The notes under the pieces: generated by a model
What the model was told of the DNA's origin: nothing
Databases searched by the model: none
What the model saw: the letters and a program-made list of their open reading frames with translations, nothing else
Position numbers and translations under genes: made by a program
Assembly: GCA_040005235.1 (NCBI GenBank)
Contig: JBDTZG010000008.1
Coordinates: 71,096-135,095 of the forward strand
DNA: 64,000 nt
Direction of reading: 5' to 3'
DNA from: Acidobacteriota bacterium
GTDB taxonomy: Bacteria > Acidobacteriota > Thermoanaerobaculia > Multivoradales > UBA5704
In this document: piece by piece, positions 1 through 9,880 of the stretch
How the letters are laid out: every line of letters begins with the position of its first letter
Numbering within the stretch: the stretch's first letter is position 1

Positions 1-1596
1 GCGGCGAAAGGTCGAGAACGAAGGAACGGGCGCGAGATCCTCGACCCGTGCCTCGACCGCGACCGCCGCCACCAACTCCGCCCAGGGCCGATCGATCGGC
101 AGCCCTTCCCAGCCGGGGGAAAACATCTGGAGGATGCAGGTGCCCCCGGCAAATAGAAGCGTAGCCTTGGCGGCGCCGCGGGAGAGGTGGATCGCGCCCT
201 CGAACCCTTCTGCGCGCAGCTTTTCGCCCAGCGCCGGAAGGTTCACGAACGTCGAGTCGAGCCCCGCGTGGCGCACACGCCCGGGATGGAGCAGCCCTGC
301 CAGGGCGCGCACGCGCGCTGCGCCCCCCGGCTCGGGGGCGGCGTAGAGGATTGCCGCCGACTTGGCCGGCAAGGCCTCGACCGCCGCATCGCCGGTCGCG
401 TGCTTCCCCTCCACCGGGCCGATCGCCCCGACCACCAGGCCGTCAGCGATCAGCAGCCAGGCCGGCCCGAACGCCACCGCCCCGGCAAACGGCGCCGCAT
501 GGAGCGGCCGGTCGAGGAGCCTTTCGAGCAGGCCCTGGCGCTCCTGCACCCCCAGGTCCCGGCCCGGCCAGCTCGCCGCGACCGCCGGGACCGCAACCAG
601 CGGCTCGACCGAAGCCCCGGTGTAGGTGGGCACGGTCGCCGCAGCTTCTATCGGGCTCGGCGCCGCCGTCCCGTTCGCCTCTGTTCTTTCAATCATCGAA
701 ATCCCGGCGACCCTTTGGGTCCTTTCCGTCTTTTCCGCCGCCGTTCCCAGGCCCATCGCCGCCAACAGCGCTTCCCGCATCTCCCCCGCGCTGGCGTACC
801 TGTTGTCCGGCTCCACCTCGAGCGCACGCTCGATCGCCGCGGCCAGTCGGGCCGGAACGTGTGGCGCCAAGGTCCGCAACGGGCGTGGCGCCTCGGTGAG
901 AATCGCCGTCGCGATCTGTAGGAAGTCGTCACCGCGGAACGGATAGGCGGCCGAGATCAGGAAGTAGAGGACGACGCCGGCCGAGAACAGGTCGGAGCGG
1001 CCGTCCACCTCCTGCCCGCGCAGCTGCTCGGGGGAGGCGAAGCGGGGGGTGGCAAGCAGGTAACCAGCCTGGGTCTTCACCAGGTCGGAGCCGCGCAAGC
1101 GGGCGATGCCGAAATCGGTCACCTTCAACCGGCCGTCGGCGAGCAGCATCAGGTTCGCCGGCTTGATGTCGCGGTGGACCACGCCTGCTTTATGCGCCGC
1201 GTCGAGCGCCGCGAGCAGCTCTGCACCAAGCTGGGCCACCCGCTCGGGCGCCATCGGACCGTCCTCGCGGACGACCGCGTCGAGCGTGCGCCCTTCGAGC
1301 CACTCCATGGCGATCCACGGATTGCCCCCCTCGTCGCCGATCCGATAGAGCGTCGCCGAGCCCGGATGCGAGAGCGCCGCGGCGGCGCGCGCCTCCTGGA
1401 GGAATCGGCGGTGGTACTCGTCCGTGGTCCTCTCGTCTCGCCCTTCGAGGGTTTTCGCGCGCAGCACCTTGATCGCCACGGTCCGTTCGAGCGCGGGCTC
1501 GAACGCGCGGAAGACGACCCCCATCGCCCCCTCGCCCACGCGCCGGTCGATGCGATAGGGAAAGGTGGCGGTCGGCTCGGGAGGAGGAAAGCTCAT
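1..1596 (-). CDS. Ser/Thr protein kinase (Hanks type); 3' end runs off the window
   Basis: Translated by hand (absent from the ORF track because it is open at the edge): ATG at 1596, MSFPPPEPTATFPYRIDRRVGEGAMGVVF..VAIKVL..HRDIKPANLML..KVTDFGIA..SPEQ..DGRSDLFSAG. The C-terminal part may be DUF4388-like (weak). Confidence 0.93.
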   Translation of the reverse strand, partial: MSFPPPEPTATFPYRIDRRVGEGAMGVVFRAFEPALERTVAIKVLRAKTLEGRDERTTDEYHRRFLQEARAAAALSHPGSATLYRIGDEGGNPWIAMEWLEGRTLDAVVREDGPMAPERVAQLGAELLAALDAAHKAGVVHRDIKPANLMLLADGRLKVTDFGIARLRGSDLVKTQAGYLLATPRFASPEQLRGQEVDGRSDLFSAGVVLYFLISAAYPFRGDDFLQIATAILTEAPRPLRTLAPHVPARLAAAIERALEVEPDNRYASAGEMREALLAAMGLGTAAEKTERTQRVAGISMIERTEANGTAAPSPIEAAATVPTYTGASVEPLVAVPAVAASWPGRDLGVQERQGLLERLLDRPLHAAPFAGAVAFGPAWLLIADGLVVGAIGPVEGKHATGDAAVEALPAKSAAILYAAPEPGGAARVRALAGLLHPGRVRHAGLDSTFVNLPALGEKLRAEGFEGAIHLSRGAAKATLLFAGGTCILQMFSPGWEGLPIDRPWAELVAAVAVEARVEDLAPVPSFSTFRR

Positions 1597-1722
1597 CGGA
1601 TCGATCCCTCGGGCATTCAGAAGACGGCGGTGTCGGGCACACCCTGCACTACGCCATTTGCCGGATTTCAGATCGCGGTTACCGATCGCATAGAGTTCTC
1701 TTCTGGCGGAGGAGGAATCGCA

Positions 1723-2010
1723 ATGGTCAGTGCCGTGATCCTGCTGGTGGTGGAGAAGAACAAGATCAACGAGGTGGCCGAGCGCCTGGTCGAGTTGGAC
1801 GGAATCACCGAGGTCTACTCGGTAGCCGGCCAGTACGACCTGGTGGCGATCGCCCGGGTGCGCGACAACGAGCAGATCGCCGAGGCGGTGACCCGTCAGA
1901 TGCTCAAGATTGAGGGCATCCTGCGCTCCGAGACTCTGATGGCGTTCCGCGCCTTCTCGCGCTACAACCTGGAGCGGATGTTCTCGGTCGGTCTGGAAGA
2001 AGGTGCCTGA
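1723..2010 (+). CDS. Lrp/AsnC ligand-binding-domain protein (stand-alone, no HTH)
   Basis: GGAGG SD before ATG 1723; MVSAVILLVVE..VYSVAGQYDLVAIARV..IEGILRSETL matches the AsnC C-terminal domain pattern. Confidence 0.85.
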   Translation: MVSAVILLVVEKNKINEVAERLVELDGITEVYSVAGQYDLVAIARVRDNEQIAEAVTRQMLKIEGILRSETLMAFRAFSRYNLERMFSVGLEEGA

Positions 2011-2416
2011 GGTCCCCGGAGCCGTGCTGTTCTTCGACGGCGGCTGCGGCCTCTGTCACAACAGCGTGCGCATCCTGATCGCGCTCGACCGCAAGGGCAA
2101 ACTGACCTTCGCCCCGCTCGGCGGCGAGCTGTTCGGCAAGCGCGTCCCGCCCGAAATCCGCGCCGGCCTGCCGGACAGCCTCGTGCTTTCGACTCCGGAC
2201 GGCAAGCTTCACGTCCGCTCGAACGCCGTGCTGCGTGCTCTCGAAGTGATCGGCGGCCTCTGGACCTTTGAAGCCAAGATCGGCCGGCTGATCCCCGCCT
2301 TCCTCCGCGACCGCCTCTACGACGCGATCGCCCGCGCGCGCCACCGCTGGTTCGAGAAGCCCAAGACGGTCTGTCCCCTGATGCCGCCCGAGCTGCGGAC
2401 GCGGTTCCGGGACTGA
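2003..2416 (+). CDS. DCC1-like thiol-disulfide oxidoreductase (DUF393)
   Basis: N-terminal FFDGGCGLC (DxxCxxC) and C-terminal LRDRLYDAIARARHRWF; overlaps the upstream stop. Confidence 0.88.
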   Translation: MPEVPGAVLFFDGGCGLCHNSVRILIALDRKGKLTFAPLGGELFGKRVPPEIRAGLPDSLVLSTPDGKLHVRSNAVLRALEVIGGLWTFEAKIGRLIPAFLRDRLYDAIARARHRWFEKPKTVCPLMPPELRTRFRD

Positions 2417-2514
2417 AAGTCTCGGCTTTTTCCCCGGGACCGCCGAGCACCAGCTCGGCACCGAGGCGGCCGGGATCGCCGGAGCGGCCGAGAGATTGCC
2501 CGGCGCGCCCAACC

Positions 2515-2871
2515 GAAGCCGTCTCCGCCTTCTCCGAAGGGCTCTTCCGACGAACCGAAGGCGACTCCCGTCCGACCGAAGAGAACTCCGGACCGACCGG
2601 AAGGGTCCCGGGTGTTCGGGAATCCTCTTCCGTCCATCCGGAGCTGACTCCGGAACGACCGTGAGCCTCTCCGGAAGGCCGGGAGCTCTCTTCGGTCGGT
2701 GCGGAGCGCCCTTCTGACTTCCGGGAGTCTTCTTCCGCGTCCGCGGAGGCGTGCGGTTCCCTCCGGTGAACGCTCCCGGCCGGCCGTGAGGTTCTCCGGA
2801 CGAGCCGGGAAGCTTCTTCGGGCGGTCGGAAGATCTCTTCGGACGGCCCGGAGATGTCTTCCGATGGCCCC
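2515..2871. repeat. Degenerate 21-bp-period tandem repeat, about 17 units, non-coding
   Basis: Units start at 2515, 2536, 2557, 2578 ... 2830, 2851, e.g. gaagggctcttccgacgaacc / gagctctcttcggtcggtgcg / gaagcttcttcgggcggtcgg / aagatctcttcggacggcccg. Confidence 0.7.
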
Positions 2872-2960
2872 CGGTCGCTCGCCGATGTCCTATCCCCGGG
2901 TGTGCTCGTCCTGGGACCGCCGCCGTCTCGGCGGCGCTTTTCGCCGAGCTTCGCGCGAGC

Positions 2961-3106
2961 CCCGCGAGCGGTTGAAACCGCTCGCTACGTTACGACGTCC
3001 CTGGCGGGACGTTGACCGCCTCACCACACCAACCGTGGCCATATCACTGGGCGTATCGTCCCGGAGGGGGGACGTAACGTAGCGAGGAATTTCAATTCCT
3101 CGCGGG
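2961..3106. repeat. Inverted pair of GTAG-tagged REP-like palindromes (REPIN/BIME-like)
   Basis: Left copy (minus strand) cgtcccgccagggacgtcgtaacGTAGcgagcggtttcaaccgctcgc; right copy (plus strand) cgtcccggaggggggacgtaacGTAGcgaggaatttcaattcctcgc. Same TTTCAA loop, compensatory stem changes. Confidence 0.75.
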
Positions 3107-3189
3107 CGCCCGGCACGCCGCCAATCCCTACCGGCCCGCGTTCTCCAGCTTAGCGCCGTGGTCCGCGTTCAGCGCGCGCTCGACGAGTT

Positions 3190-3399
3190 TCACGGCGTCT
3201 TCACGGTCGAGCCGGAAAAGCTGACCGCAACGGCTGAAGATCCTTCGATCGCCTGCTGGATTTCCGGCCACGGCGGATCACCTGCGCGCAACTCGCGCGA
3301 ATCGATCCACGCGTCCTGCTTGAGGTCGGCGAGCGTCCAACGCAGGTCGCGCACCAAGGCATCGTCATTCGAGCTGTGGGAGATGAAGAGCTTGCTCAC
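3190..3399 (-). pseudogene. Truncated TIR-domain gene remnant (69 aa)
   Basis: VSKLFISHSSNDDALVRDLR..AWIDSRELRAGDPPWPEIQQAIE matches the first half of TIR_2 domains; it stops at about half domain length. Confidence 0.7.
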
Positions 3400-3409
3400 G
3401 GCGAAGACT

Positions 3410-6400
3410 TTACCTGCTGCGCGAATGCCCCACCATCTCCTTTTCGAACGCTTTCCCCACCGACCCGTGCAGCTCGCGCCATTTGGCGAGCGCCTTGTCG
3501 AGACGGCCGCGCATCTCCTCGAAAACCTTGCGCTGGGGAGCGGTGGGGGCGGAATCGGCCCCTTCGAGATCGGATTCGAGGCCGGAGAGGACGGCGCCGA
3601 CGACCGAGAGGTCGAGGTCGCCGCCGCCGCTGTTGAGCTTCGCGAGGTCATCGCGGGTCGCTTTCGCGCCCTCGGCCAGACGTTTCGCTGCTTTGCGCTC
3701 GCCGGTGGCGAGTGGCGCGAGGCCCTTGTCGAAGGCGTCGATTTCTTCGAGCGCGTCCACCGTTTGGCCGAGGGCGTGGACGACCTCACCTGAGAATGCG
3801 TTGCCGGCCGCGAGGTCTTCTTCCGTCGCCGGGCTCCTCGGATCTTTCTTCACGAACAGCGGTTGTTCGAGCGTTGCGCCGTCTACGGTCAGGCGCAGGC
3901 GATAGCGGCCGGGGAGCACGAGCATTCCTTGCGGCAGGGTCGCCGTGTCGCGGTCGGGCACCGCGGCGATCGTGAAGTCGTAGTCGGTCGCCTTGGGCTG
4001 CGGGCCGCGCAGGTCCCACCAAAACCGGTTGTGCCCCACGTTCCTGGTGGGGACCGCGGGCGGCAGCAGCCAGCGGTCGGCGAAGTACTGCCGTGCGTCC
4101 GGCCTCCTGGGTGCCTCCGCGCTTGAAAATTTGCGGATGAGAATCCCTCCGGCGTCGAAGATCTCGATCTCGACCGGGCCTTTCGGGGTGCTCGGCAGAA
4201 AGTAATCGATCGCCACTCCGGCCGGCGGGTTCGGCGTGGTTGGAAATTCGGGCGGCAACGGCGTGTCGCGGTTCTCGTTCGGCGTGAGCCGAATCGCCAC
4301 GCTGGGCAGCGCGAGCGCCAGCCCCTGCTTGGCGCCGAACCCCGCACGCACCGCCGCGACGTCGTCGAGCACCCAGAGAGCCCGCCCCTGGGTGGCGATG
4401 ACCAGGTCGTCGCCCTTGACCAGCAGGTCGTTAACCCCCGTGCGTGGCAGGTTCAACTGAAGGGGGGACCAGTGCGTGCCGTCGTCGAACGAGACGAAAA
4501 CGCCTTGCCGGGTGCCGGCATACAGCAAGCCGGGGTGCTTCGGGTCGACGCGCACCACGTTCACCCAGGCCTCGGCGGGCAGGCCCGCCTCGGCGCGCCG
4601 CCAGTGGACGCCGAAATCGTGCGTCACGTAGAGCCAGGGCGAACGGTCGTCCAGACGGTGGCGGTCGATCGCCACGTAGGCGCTGCCGGGCTCGGAGCCG
4701 GCGTCGATCTGCGCCACCGCGCTCCAGGCAGGGAGGTCCTTGGGCGTCACGTCGGTCCAGTGCGCGCCGCCGTCTTGCGTCACGTGGATGCGCCCGTTGT
4801 CGGTGCCGACCCAAATCAAGCCGGAGGCGACGCGCGACGGGGCGATCGAGAAGATCGTGCCGTAGCCGCAGGCGGTGGTGCGCTCGATCGGCGGATCGAC
4901 CCGACCGGGCTCAGGCGTGCATCCCGGGGCGTTCGCCACCGCGCCGGTCAGGTCGGGGCTGATCGCCTCCCAGGTCTGTCCCTTGTCGAGCGAGCGGGAT
5001 AGCACCTGGGTCCCCTGATACAGCGCGTGCTGGGGGAGCCTCCAGAGGGCTTCGTCGGAGCCCAGTGCGTAATTTAGGGTGGACTGGGACTCTTCCGGCA
5101 GGACCGGCGGGCGCGGATCAATCGCGATCGGGGTGATCCAGGTGGTCCGGTTCGGCACTGTCGGCGGCCGGGTGCCGTAGGAAGAGACCGGCCAAGGGGA
5201 GACGTTCGCGACCCGGCCGGTGCGCGCGTCCCAGCGGCTGATCTTGCCGCCCAAACCGCTGCCGTAGACGATATTCGGATCGACCGGGTCCGGCAGATCG
5301 CCGTCGCGCTCGTCGCCGCCCACCGAATGCCAATCGCGGTAGGTGAGCTGGCCGTAGTTGCTGCGGGACGAGACCGAGACGGTGCCGCTGTCCTGCTGGC
5401 CGCTGTAGACGCGATAGGGGAATTGGTTGTCGATCCCCAGGCGATAGAACTGGCCCGTCGGCTGGTTGTACCAGGGGCTCCAGGTCTTTCCGCCGTTGAC
5501 CGAGACGGTGGTCCCCTGGTCGCTCGCGAGGATCATCCGCTCGGTGTGCGCGGGGTTGATCCATAAGTAATGGTAGTCGTCGCCGCCGGGCGAGCCCTTG
5601 ATGTAGACGAAGGTCTTCCCGCCGTCGGTCGATTTGCGGAACGACTGGCCGGGAAAATAGACCACGTTCGGATCGCTGGGATCGGCGAAGATGCGCCCGA
5701 AGTAGCTGCTCGGGATCGAGCGGCTCGCCATTTCGAGCGCCCAGGTGGCGCCGCCGTCGTCCGACCGGTAGAGTCCCGCGCCTTTTTGCGCGTCGACCGC
5801 GGCGTAGACGCGCCGGCCGTTGGTGGTCGGCGCCACAGCGAGGCCGATCTTGCCGAGCGGCTCGTCGGGAAGGCCGGTGCGCGGCGCCGCGGCCCAGCTC
5901 TTCCCTCCGTCGGTCGAGCGCCAGATTCCGCTGCCCGGGCCGACCTGCGGTACGTGATAGCCCTGCCAGGGATAGAGCCGGGTCTGCCAGAACGCGGCGT
6001 AGAGGACATCCGGCACTTCTCGGTCGGCGGAGATCTCGACCGCGCCGGTGTTCTCGTCGACGAACGCCACCCGGGACCAATTCTTGCCGCCGTCCTCGCT
6101 GCGATAGATGCCGCGTTCCGGATTCGGCCCGAACAGATGGCCGAGGGCGGCCACCAGCAGCACGTTCGGATTGCGCGGATCGACCCAGATCCGGCCGATG
6201 TGACGCGTGTCGGCGAGCCCCATCGAGACCCAGGTTTCCCCTTCGTCGTCGCTCTTCCAGACGCCGTTGCCGTCCATCACGTCGAAGCGGGTCTGAGTTT
6301 GGCCGCTGCCGACCCAGAGAGTCCGGTTAGCCGAAGGTCCGGGAACGACCGCGAGGGCTCCTACGGAAGAAAACGGCGCACGGTCCGAGAGCGGACGCCA

Positions 6401-6649
6401 GGTGACCCCGGAGTCGTCGGTCTTCCAGACTCCGCCGTCGGCGGCACCGAAGTAGTACGTGTCGATCTCGTCCGGCACCCCCGCAGCGATCACCGACCAG
6501 CCGGCGCGTAGGGGACCGAGCAGGCGCCAGCGGAGATCCTGATAGGCGGCGCCCGAGCTCGGATCAAGGGCGCGCGCAGAGGGCGGCGTGAGAGCGACCC
6601 AGGCTGCGAGGAGCATCAGGGCGGGGGCGAAGGCGCGGGCTCGTTTCAT
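3410..6649 (-). CDS. Secreted BNR/Asp-box (sortilin/VPS10-like) beta-propeller glycosyl-hydrolase-like protein
   Basis: 1079 aa, signal peptide, many SxDGGxTW Asp-boxes (SEDGGKNW, STDGGKSW, SDDGGATW, TQDGGAHW, SFDDGTHW), helical C-terminal tail. Confidence 0.88.
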   Translation of the reverse strand: MKRARAFAPALMLLAAWVALTPPSARALDPSSGAAYQDLRWRLLGPLRAGWSVIAAGVPDEIDTYYFGAADGGVWKTDDSGVTWRPLSDRAPFSSVGALAVVPGPSANRTLWVGSGQTQTRFDVMDGNGVWKSDDEGETWVSMGLADTRHIGRIWVDPRNPNVLLVAALGHLFGPNPERGIYRSEDGGKNWSRVAFVDENTGAVEISADREVPDVLYAAFWQTRLYPWQGYHVPQVGPGSGIWRSTDGGKSWAAAPRTGLPDEPLGKIGLAVAPTTNGRRVYAAVDAQKGAGLYRSDDGGATWALEMASRSIPSSYFGRIFADPSDPNVVYFPGQSFRKSTDGGKTFVYIKGSPGGDDYHYLWINPAHTERMILASDQGTTVSVNGGKTWSPWYNQPTGQFYRLGIDNQFPYRVYSGQQDSGTVSVSSRSNYGQLTYRDWHSVGGDERDGDLPDPVDPNIVYGSGLGGKISRWDARTGRVANVSPWPVSSYGTRPPTVPNRTTWITPIAIDPRPPVLPEESQSTLNYALGSDEALWRLPQHALYQGTQVLSRSLDKGQTWEAISPDLTGAVANAPGCTPEPGRVDPPIERTTACGYGTIFSIAPSRVASGLIWVGTDNGRIHVTQDGGAHWTDVTPKDLPAWSAVAQIDAGSEPGSAYVAIDRHRLDDRSPWLYVTHDFGVHWRRAEAGLPAEAWVNVVRVDPKHPGLLYAGTRQGVFVSFDDGTHWSPLQLNLPRTGVNDLLVKGDDLVIATQGRALWVLDDVAAVRAGFGAKQGLALALPSVAIRLTPNENRDTPLPPEFPTTPNPPAGVAIDYFLPSTPKGPVEIEIFDAGGILIRKFSSAEAPRRPDARQYFADRWLLPPAVPTRNVGHNRFWWDLRGPQPKATDYDFTIAAVPDRDTATLPQGMLVLPGRYRLRLTVDGATLEQPLFVKKDPRSPATEEDLAAGNAFSGEVVHALGQTVDALEEIDAFDKGLAPLATGERKAAKRLAEGAKATRDDLAKLNSGGGDLDLSVVGAVLSGLESDLEGADSAPTAPQRKVFEEMRGRLDKALAKWRELHGSVGKAFEKEMVGHSRSR

Positions 6650-6744
6650 GCGATCGATCTCCGGAAGGTACTCTGGCAGCCGGACGATACAGGACGGCGA
6701 GCGCGTGAGGTACTCTTGCTCCCTCGTTCTGTGGTTCTCATCTC

Positions 6745-9027
6745 ATGAAACCTGGCGATCGCATCGGCCATATCCAAATCTCGGAGCTACTGGGCCGAGG
6801 AGGCATGGGCGACGTCTACGCCGGATTCGATGAAAAGCTCCAGCGCGACGTGGCGATCAAGATCCTGCGCGAGGGTCGTTGGCAGCGGGTCGCGCGCGCG
6901 CGTCTGCTACGCGAGGCGCGGGCGCTCTCCCGGCTCGACCATCCCCACATCTGCGCCATCTACGATCTGATCGAGACGCCGGAAGGCGATGCCCTGGTGC
7001 TCGAGCGGATCGTCGGTAAGAACCTGCGCCAAGCGGTGCGTGCCGGCCTCGACCGGGCCTCGCGGCTGCGCATCGCCGAAGAGATAGCCGACGTGCTGGT
7101 CGCCGCGCACGCCCACGGCATCGTCCATCGGGACCTCAAACCGACCAACGTCCTGCTGACGGAAGCAGGCGCGGTGAAGGTGCTCGATTTCGGCCTCGCC
7201 TATTCGCCCGAGGATGGGGATTTGCCGCAGGTGCGCTTGCCGCGGCTGAGCGGGGACCTTTCGGAGGCGGGAACGCCGGGTGACGAGGAAGAGGCCAGTG
7301 AGCTGGACACTGCGGCGCTCGCTCCATCGCCTTGGCCGGCGGACGATTCGTCGAGCGGCGTCGATTCGACCGAGACCTACCGCACCCAGTTCGGCGAGGT
7401 GGTGGGCACCCTGCCGTCGATGAGCCCCGAGCAGGCGCGCGGCGAGCCGGTGACGTTCGCGAGCGACATGTACGCATTCGGCCTGTTGCTCCAGAAACTG
7501 TTCACCGGCCGGCCGGCCTACGACTCGACTCTGCCGACCCCGCGCCTGTTGTACGAAGTCCAAGAGGGGCGACGGCGGCCACTTCTCGGAGTCGGAGGCG
7601 GGCATTCCGAGCTGATCCAGGCGCTTTGTTCTCTTGCTCCCGAAGAGCGCCCGACAGCCGCGGCGGCGCTCGCCCGGCTACGCCGAATCCGCGAGGCGCC
7701 GAAGCGCCGGGCGCTGCGCGCCGCGCTCGCGATGGCGGGGCTGCTGGCGCTAGGCGGCGTCGCGAAATACACCTTCGACCTGAAACGTGAACGGGACGGA
7801 GCGATCTTCGCTGAAATGCGGGCCGAACGGGCAGGTGGCGAAGCCGAGGCGGTGGTCGATTTTCTGGTCGGGATGTTCCGGGTCGCCGATCCGGGTGAAT
7901 CGCTGGGCAACCGAATCACCGCCCGCGAGCTGCTCGACCGGGGCGCCGAACGCTTGAAGACCGAGCTGGCGAAACAGCCGACCCGCCGCGCCCGTTTGGC
8001 GGACGCGATCGGCCAGACCTACCAGCGCCTCGGCCTCTACACTCAAGCGGAAGCGCTGCTCTCCGAGGCGCTCGAATTGAACCGTCGGCAGTTGGGAAAC
8101 GACAGCGCGGAGGTCGGCATCAGTCTCTATCACCTGGGCGCTCTCCGGTTGGTGACGTTCGGCGAGTGCGAGCCGCTGCTCGTCGAAGCGGTGCGCATCC
8201 TGGAAAAAACCGAAGGGCCGCTCGATCCCGAGCTTGCCGGGGCGCTGAACGGTCTTGGGACGTTCTACGGCCGCAAAGGGGACGCCGTGCGGGCCGAGCC
8301 GGTGCTTCGACGCGCGCTCGCGATCCGCGAGAAGGTGCTCGGCCCCGACGATCCCTCGGTCGCCGCGACGCTCAACAACCTGGCGATCGTCGAATCGCGC
8401 AAGGGGCGCAACGACGAGGCCGAGAAGCTGTTTCGTCGCGGCCTCGCGATCCGCGAGAGAGTCCTGCCGGCCGACCACCCCGATCTCGCCGTGAACCTGG
8501 AGGCCTTGGCGGTCCTGTACGAAAACGTGAACCGGCCGAAGGAAGCCGAGGTGCTGCACCGCCGGGCGCTGGCGATCTGGGAAAAGGTGCTCGGCCCGAC
8601 GCATCCGCGGCTCGGCTTGCTCCTCTCGAACCTCGCCAACACCGAAGACGCCCTCGGTTTTCCCACGGAGGCCGAGGCGCTGCACCGCCGCGCACTCGCG
8701 ATCCGCGAGGCGGCGCACGGCCCGAACCATCCGGAGGTCGCGGTTTCGCTCCACGGGCTCGCGAACGTCCTATGGGGCGAGGGACGCAGGGCCGAGGCCG
8801 AAGCCGCGCTCCGCCGCGCCCTGGCGATACAGGAGCGCTATCCGGAAGGCGATGCCGAAGAGCATCGAAGCGCTGTCAAGGATCTCGCCGCGATGTTGCG
8901 CGCGACCGGCCGGGGGGCCGAGGCGGTGGCGCTTGAAGCGACGGCGCCGCCCGCCGCCGCGAAGGCGCCGAGCCCGCCCGCGTCGGTCGCCAACGCGAAA
9001 CCCCGCCCGCCGGCGGCCGCCGGATGA
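6745..9027 (+). CDS. Ser/Thr protein kinase with C-terminal TPR repeats
   Basis: LGRGGMGDVY, VAIK, HRDLKPTN, DFGLA, SPEQ, then a hydrophobic segment and repeated 'ALAIREKVLGPxxP' TPR units. Confidence 0.95.
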   Translation: MKPGDRIGHIQISELLGRGGMGDVYAGFDEKLQRDVAIKILREGRWQRVARARLLREARALSRLDHPHICAIYDLIETPEGDALVLERIVGKNLRQAVRAGLDRASRLRIAEEIADVLVAAHAHGIVHRDLKPTNVLLTEAGAVKVLDFGLAYSPEDGDLPQVRLPRLSGDLSEAGTPGDEEEASELDTAALAPSPWPADDSSSGVDSTETYRTQFGEVVGTLPSMSPEQARGEPVTFASDMYAFGLLLQKLFTGRPAYDSTLPTPRLLYEVQEGRRRPLLGVGGGHSELIQALCSLAPEERPTAAAALARLRRIREAPKRRALRAALAMAGLLALGGVAKYTFDLKRERDGAIFAEMRAERAGGEAEAVVDFLVGMFRVADPGESLGNRITARELLDRGAERLKTELAKQPTRRARLADAIGQTYQRLGLYTQAEALLSEALELNRRQLGNDSAEVGISLYHLGALRLVTFGECEPLLVEAVRILEKTEGPLDPELAGALNGLGTFYGRKGDAVRAEPVLRRALAIREKVLGPDDPSVAATLNNLAIVESRKGRNDEAEKLFRRGLAIRERVLPADHPDLAVNLEALAVLYENVNRPKEAEVLHRRALAIWEKVLGPTHPRLGLLLSNLANTEDALGFPTEAEALHRRALAIREAAHGPNHPEVAVSLHGLANVLWGEGRRAEAEAALRRALAIQERYPEGDAEEHRSAVKDLAAMLRATGRGAEAVALEATAPPAAAKAPSPPASVANAKPRPPAAAG

Positions 9028-9875
9028 GCGCCGCGCTCGATCCGGTTCGGCCGATCGAGGTCGCCGATCGATTCGCCGGCCTCGGCCGCGAGTTGCTCGC
9101 CCTGCTGCGGTCGCTTTCCCCGTCCGACTGGGAGGCGCCGACCGTCTGCCCGGCCTGGAGCGTCCGCGACGTCGCGGCCCACCTGCTCGACACCGCTCTG
9201 CGGCGCCTCTCGTTCGGCCGGGACCGCCTGCCGATGGTGGCGCCCGAGGAACCGATCGATTCCTACGCCGGTCTGCTGAGCTTCCTGAACCGGCTGAACC
9301 ACGATTGGGTCCACGCGTTTCGCCGGGTGAGCCCGGAGCTGCTGATCGACCTTCTCGCGACGGTCGAGCCGCAGCTGGCCGCCTATTTCGAAACGCTCGA
9401 TCCGCGGGCTCCGGCGCTCGGCGTGGCGTGGGCGGGGGAGAGCACCTCGGAACAGTGGTTCGACCTCGCCCGCGAGCTGACCGAACGCTGGCACCACCAG
9501 CAGCAGATCCGCCTCGCCGTGGGCGCGCCGCCGCTCGACGATCCGTTCTACGTCGCCCCCGTGCTCGATACCTTCCTGCGCGCTCTTCCGCACCGCTATC
9601 GCGAGGTGTCGGCGCCCGCGGGAACCGCGATCGGCTTCTCGTTCTCCGGCCGGGAGGAGTACCGGTTCACGCTGCGCCGGGAAAGCGAGAGCTGGGAGCT
9701 GCTCTACGGCCGGGAGCCGGAGGGAGAGACCGCGTCCGTCGCGATGGCCGACGAGGCCGCTTGGCTGCTGTTGACCAAGGGCCTCGCCGGTGCGGCGGCG
9801 CGCGATCGCTCGCGAGTGGCGGGGGATGGGAAGTGGCTCGATCCGTTCTTCTCTACATTGGCGGTGATGGCGTAA
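9024..9875 (+). CDS. DinB-superfamily / maleylpyruvate isomerase N-terminal-domain protein
   Basis: WEAPTVCPAWSVRDVAAHL and ERWHHQQQIR metal-site motifs; ATGA overlap with the kinase. Confidence 0.82.
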   Translation: MSAALDPVRPIEVADRFAGLGRELLALLRSLSPSDWEAPTVCPAWSVRDVAAHLLDTALRRLSFGRDRLPMVAPEEPIDSYAGLLSFLNRLNHDWVHAFRRVSPELLIDLLATVEPQLAAYFETLDPRAPALGVAWAGESTSEQWFDLARELTERWHHQQQIRLAVGAPPLDDPFYVAPVLDTFLRALPHRYREVSAPAGTAIGFSFSGREEYRFTLRRESESWELLYGREPEGETASVAMADEAAWLLLTKGLAGAAARDRSRVAGDGKWLDPFFSTLAVMA

Positions 9876-9880
9876 CCCGC

